Assembly: GCA_051294375.1 (NCBI GenBank)
Contig: CM119268.1
Coordinates: 10,361,607-10,425,606, forward strand
Direction: 5' to 3'
Length of the DNA stretch: 64,000 nt
Source of the DNA: Paraspadella gotoi
Lineage: Eukaryota; Animalia; Chaetognatha
Under the pieces are notes generated by a model that did not search any database, was not told where the DNA came from, and saw only the letters and a program-made list of their open reading frames with translations. Positions within the stretch are counted from its first letter, which is position 1, and each line of letters opens with the position of its first letter. This document shows positions 59,139 to 64,000 of the stretch, in pieces. The translations under genes were made by a program, and so were the position numbers.

Positions 59139-62059
59139 ATGAGTACGGCTTCCTGGCGTCTCAACCTGTCAGAGGCTTTCTCGGTGCTTAATCGCCTTCG
59201 TCGCGAAGACTCCCTCTGCGACCTCGTCGTTCACGCTACCCATGGACTCGCCACCTCGAGATTTCCCGCCCATAAGGTATAATCTATAGTTGGGTGAGTT
59301 AATCAAAAGGCGGACTGTTTACGTAACAGGTATTTCTCATTCGTCGTTAGGTTGTGCTGGTCGCGGTCTCACCGTATTTTCGCCAGGTGCTGCATCAAGA
59401 CCTCCTATCGGAAAAGCACTTTTTTCTTCCCTCTGGAGTCGACCCGCGCGTCTTCGGAATCGTGCTCGACTTCATGTATGGCATCGATGTCCGCGAATGC
59501 GTGGAAGCGATGCGTCGCGACTCGGCAGACTTGGACCCGACGATAGTTTTCGATCGGCTGCTCAACTCTGCCAAATTCCTTGGACTGGACGACTTGGCGG
59601 AGGCGTTGAGAGGGCTGATCGTCGTCGAGACGGCCGCCGCAGTTTCGGGTCCGATTGTCGGCGCGCTGACTGCGCCGTCGGGATCTAAGAATTCCTTGCG
59701 TTTATCCGAAGATGATTCCGTCGACGATGAGGATGACGCTTATTCCCTCCCGACTCAAGTGCCCTACGTTAAGTCATTTCCGTCAGACAGGGGCAAGAAA
59801 CGTGGATCCCCGTCCCGTTCACTCGGCAACTATAACAATGGCAACTGGCCCGGACCCGCGGGATTTAGGTTGGATCTCAACAATCGTTACTTTCGAGATC
59901 TAGGCCAGGACAAAAGCTCACGAAACGTGCAGCAGCCCACTGATAAAGGGGAACTTTCCAAATACCTTCCGCCGCCCGGCGTGCTCAAGGTGATTCAAAA
60001 GATGGACGCGGCCGCCATCGCCGGAAAAGTGGTTGACGACGTCGTGACTTACGACAACCGCCAAGTGGATTTTCTCGGCAAAAAAGTGTTTTACGGGCAG
60101 AAGGCCAGCGAGGTCTGGCCATGGAAATCCGAAGATATTCTCGTTCGTGGAGAAATCAAAACTGTTAGCGGGCGTAGAACCACCAAGTCGCACGCGCACG
60201 TAGAGTTGACTCTTTCCCCAGAGGCCGCCGCTAGCGCTGAAACGGACGAAGACGCCCCCGCCAACAAGTCCAGGGCCAAGATACGGGCGCACCGGAACCA
60301 GCCGGTCTTTACGTGTCCATATTGTGGGGATGTCGTGAAACACAAGTTCGTGATGGTTGGTCACTTGCTGCGCAAGCATGGATATCTATGGAAGGACCAA
60401 ACTTTAGCTTGCAATCTTTGCAGCTTTATCTCTAGTCGCAAAGCTGTCATGATTTGCCACGTCGAAAGGGTTCACAAGGTACTAATTTGAACCGTATTGG
60501 GAGGGCATAATTTTATTTTAGCCGACCGGGGTTAAGGGGGTTTAGGGTTAAGGGTGGTTTATGGGGGGTTTAGTTAGTACTATATTGAGAAATATATACC
60601 ATTCCCGATATTCCGCTTCCTATAAAATATTATATTTTGTTTTGTACTTGCTTTAAACTCGCTTCTTTGCACCTTAGGTATTAAATCCTGTGAAAAAGAA
60701 GTACATTTGTCGTGTCTGTGGTGGGAATTACTCCAACAATGGTTCGCTCAAAGTTCACGAGACGATCTGCTTTCGGAAGCAAAACCAAGTAAGGTTATCG
60801 AAACATTATTTTAATGCTATCCTTACTGTAACTCCTCCAATTCGCATTCCCTAAAACAAAATGTCAATTACAGGTCGCTGTTCGAGAGGAGGAAGGCTAC
60901 CTTTATTACGAGGAGGACGTTCTGGACAATGGGGAAGTAGGGGAAGGCGAGGCGCAGAATGAACTCGATGATCATCCCGAGGCTCACTCCGAATTCAACG
61001 GGGAGATGAAGGATTTGCTTGACGACGAAGTTAAAGTTAAAAGTGAAAATTGGGACTACATCAAAGAAGAACCTATCGAAGAAGATCAAGTGGAGGCGAA
61101 GCCTGCGGCCGCGGAAACCTCGGGCCTCCGCCGCAGCCGCCGACAGCCCCCGCCGCTGCGTATCCAACCGCCGCCGCCGCCGTTGGCCAAACCCCGTGTG
61201 GTGAAGAAGATCAAACGAGTCAAGGTCTACGACTATCGTCGTGAGCATCTTTGCCAAATCTGCGGGAAATCGTTCAAGTGTCATCAACAGCACAAGAAGC
61301 ACGTTCAGGAACACAACGGGGTCCTAGAGAAATTTCATTGCAAGGAGGAGAACTGCGAATTCGTATGTAACAGCAGCTCGTCGCTCGTGGCGCATCTTTA
61401 CGCTAGGCACAAGATTAACGTAGAATCGAGGGAAATTCTAAAATGTCCCTATTGTGAATACACGACTCTGCTCAAGGTGAGCCGCCAAAAATAATGTAGT
61501 TAGTAAGAGTTAAACTTTTTAAAATTTTTATTCTCCACCGTATTTGACTTGCAAGAACGTTCTTCGCCGCCACATCCAATTCCACGAAAATAAGCGACAG
61601 TTCGTATGCGACTTCGAGAACTGCGGTTTAGGGTTCAACTCTAAGGGTACTCTCCGGCGCCACTTCGAGGGAGTTCATGACAAGACCCACAACGTTGCCT
61701 GTAAACTTTGCGGCGCAGAGTTCAGCCTGCAGACGCGGCTAAATGCCCACGTCAAACTCATGCATACCGAACGGGGAGTTAAGAACTGGAAGTGCGGTTA
61801 CTGTAGTCACGCCTCAGCGTTGAGAGGAAATTGTCGCAAGCATCAAAAGAATGAGCATAAAGGTCTTGCGGAGTTCATCGTTGACCTCAAACAGCACCGA
61901 ATTTTACAGCAGAGTCATTTGGAGAAAGAAAAGCGGCAGGAAAAAGAACCTTCTAAACAAAATAACAACCCAATCAATCTGCAGGACCTTCAGGAGCAGG
62001 CCTTACCGTCGTCAGCATTTTCTAGTCTGTGTACTCCTTTGGATAGACTCATTTATTAA
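59139..62059 (+). CDS. BTB/POZ C2H2 zinc-finger transcription factor
   Basis: LCDLVV...FPAHK|VVLVAVSPYF BTB motif; multiple C2H2 fingers (CPYCGDVVKHKFVMVGHLLRKH, CQICGKSF..H, CDFENCG..H). Confidence 0.9.
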
Positions 62060-62810
62060 ACTCTTGAAATTCGTGACGTCTCTGATTATATTTTATTTAA
62101 ATTTACTTTTCATTGCTTTAAAATTTGTGTTATGATTTAAATTATTTTGGCTACCTACATTTTTAGTTCAACTAAAAAAAAATTATTTCCTGGGAAAATA
62201 GTGATATAGAAAAAAGATGCAATGACTAATGTTATCGATAGCATTAAATCAAAACTTAACACAACTTGGCCCAATATTTTTGATGATATTGCTAACTGTT
62301 GTCCTTTGCCCGATTAGTTTTGTATATTGAAAGGCCCATTTCTGGAGAGTGGGGTAGGGACGTAAAAGGATGAGGGAATTTTTTATTTAAATAATAATTT
62401 CACAAGGAGTCCTGGCGCGATAATTTCAATTTGTAAATTTTTAACAAGAGAAAGATAACGAAAATTATTAGCAAGTCAATTTTGTAAAGTTTATAAAAGA
62501 GTCGCAATAAATTTACATTTATTTTCAGAATGTAAAATATTGTATTTCTAATTTACTCTAAGGACAAGAACAAAAAAACCAAGCCTTGTATTAATTGCTT
62601 ACACTCATTTTCATTAATATTTTATATAAATCTTAATCCTAAACTTGATTATGGATTGATGCAGTTTTGAAGCTAACGAGGCGAGGAAGAACATTGAAAG
62701 CAGAAATTATGAGAAATAAATTATTTTAAGTTTTGAATACGTATTTGTTTTGAAATGAATGTTTTGATATGAAATATAAAAATTATCCATTCATTTAATT
62801 AATAAGCTAC

Positions 62811-63058
62811 TATGGCAACAGCCGGGTTTCCTGTGATGCCCATTGGGATGGGGCATCTCACTGTTGGCTTTGGGGGCTCCCGACCCTCAGTGACGCCTCC
62901 TGTCACTGGCGCGGTTACCCTAGGACGGTCTCGCTTTGCCAACGCCGAGGGAAGTCGTTCGGTCTGTGGATGGAACACAACGCTTGCGATGGTGTGTTCA
63001 CCCTCTGGTATTGGCTGAACATTGGTGGACGTGAGGCGGTGTGAATATACCGCCACAC
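62811..63058. mobile_element. ~250-bp GC-rich interspersed repeat, copy 2
   Basis: Highly similar to 7186-7441; flanked by TAC/TAC. Confidence 0.8.
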
Positions 63059-63296
63059 TACCTTACAAAATAATTACATAGCAGGTCGATACAAGCTTTC
63101 AATGAAGACTCTGTCTCGTTATATAGTATTCTTAGCGGGGCCACAAACTGAAATCATTTACCCCCCCAAAAAAACAAAAAAAATTTATGAGAATTTATTT
63201 TAAACATTTTGGCTGTTGCCTATAAAATAAATAAAAAATAAAGCGTTCTCGGCTAACATTGACATGGGAACATAACAGTGAGACTAAGTTCGGCTT

Positions 63297-64000
63297 TTAC
63301 TCGGTTCTCGCCCCTTTTGTGGAGAGGTCCAAAGGTAAAGCCTCCGTTCTTTCGTTGGAAGCGCTCAGATCCACCGGTTGCTCTTCATCTTTTTGCTCAT
63401 CATTGACGACTTTCACCCGATCTGGGTCTTGAACCCCATCGTCATCTACTTTCCTTAACGTTGGTTTAAGAATGAAGTTTTTGTCGATTCCGTGTATGCG
63501 CCGGGCGTGTTGCCTTGCGTTGGAGGGGTTGCTGCACACCTTGTCACAAATCGGGCAGATTGTAAGGCGCTTTTCGTATGGGACGTTGTCGCTAATCGGG
63601 TTAACCTGTAAAATTCAAACGAGTTTATAAAAAAAAAGTAATTAAGATAATTTGTTTTTATTTTTTGTATCAGCTTTTTGGAATCAAAGTTTCTACTATT
63701 TCCTTTTGATGACTGTTCAAATCTATTTACCTTCTTGAACGAGAATCGTGCTTTCATTTTCCATACATCCATCCTCCGATCGTTCATGTCTTTTAAGACA
63801 TTTTCGGACCGTTTTCTTTTAGATACGCCATTTGCCACTTTTATCGCCGTCGCCTCCATAAGACGTTCCTCCAGCTGAGCCTTTTCACCGTGCATGCGGC
63901 GGGCGTGTTGGCGTAGATTTGATGGATTACTGCATACCCTTTCACAAAACGGACACTTGGTGGCACGCTTTTCGTACGGGATTTTTTCCCCGAAAGAAAC
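63297..64000 (-). CDS. 3' part of a C2H2 zinc-finger protein with CtBP-binding motifs (continues beyond window)
   Basis: Two near-duplicate fingers CPFCERVCSNPSNLRQHARRMHG and CPICDKVCSNPSNARQHARRIHG; PVDLS and PLDLS motifs. Confidence 0.75.

Noticed and set aside
60527-60570. Telomere-like or G-quadruplex-like GGGTTA tract in a BTB-ZF intron
   Set aside because: Only a few degenerate units; consistent with simple low-complexity sequence

Overview
Compact, intron-rich animal (invertebrate metazoan) genomic DNA with GC-rich exons and AT-rich introns. Fourteen consecutive protein-coding genes lie on the + strand, separated by only about 0.2-1.0 kb, an operon-like arrangement: AdipoR, BRI3, cactin, YJU2, CYLD, Salvador, choline dehydrogenase, TIM17, WDCP, lysyl-tRNA synthetase, a retinochrome/peropsin-type opsin, a Pro/RS-rich orphan, PDK1 and a BTB-zinc finger. 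A partial - strand C2H2 gene ends the window. The most striking observation is that lysyl-tRNA synthetase runs in frame, with no stop, into a complete HINT1 (HIT-family aminoacyl-adenylate hydrolase) domain, fusing two proteins known to be functionally linked in mammals. Other notable features: a CYLD with an apparent death domain; two AT-rich antisense genes nested in large introns (an acid-phosphatase homolog with RHG changed to RNG, and an orphan membrane-anchored protein); a minimal hammerhead ribozyme in a Penelope-like insertion; a 6-kb DIRS-type tyrosine-recombinase retroelement whose ICR lies upstream of its ORFs; and several SINE/MITE-like repeats. Gene models were read by eye from splice signals and remembered homologs; no database search was run.
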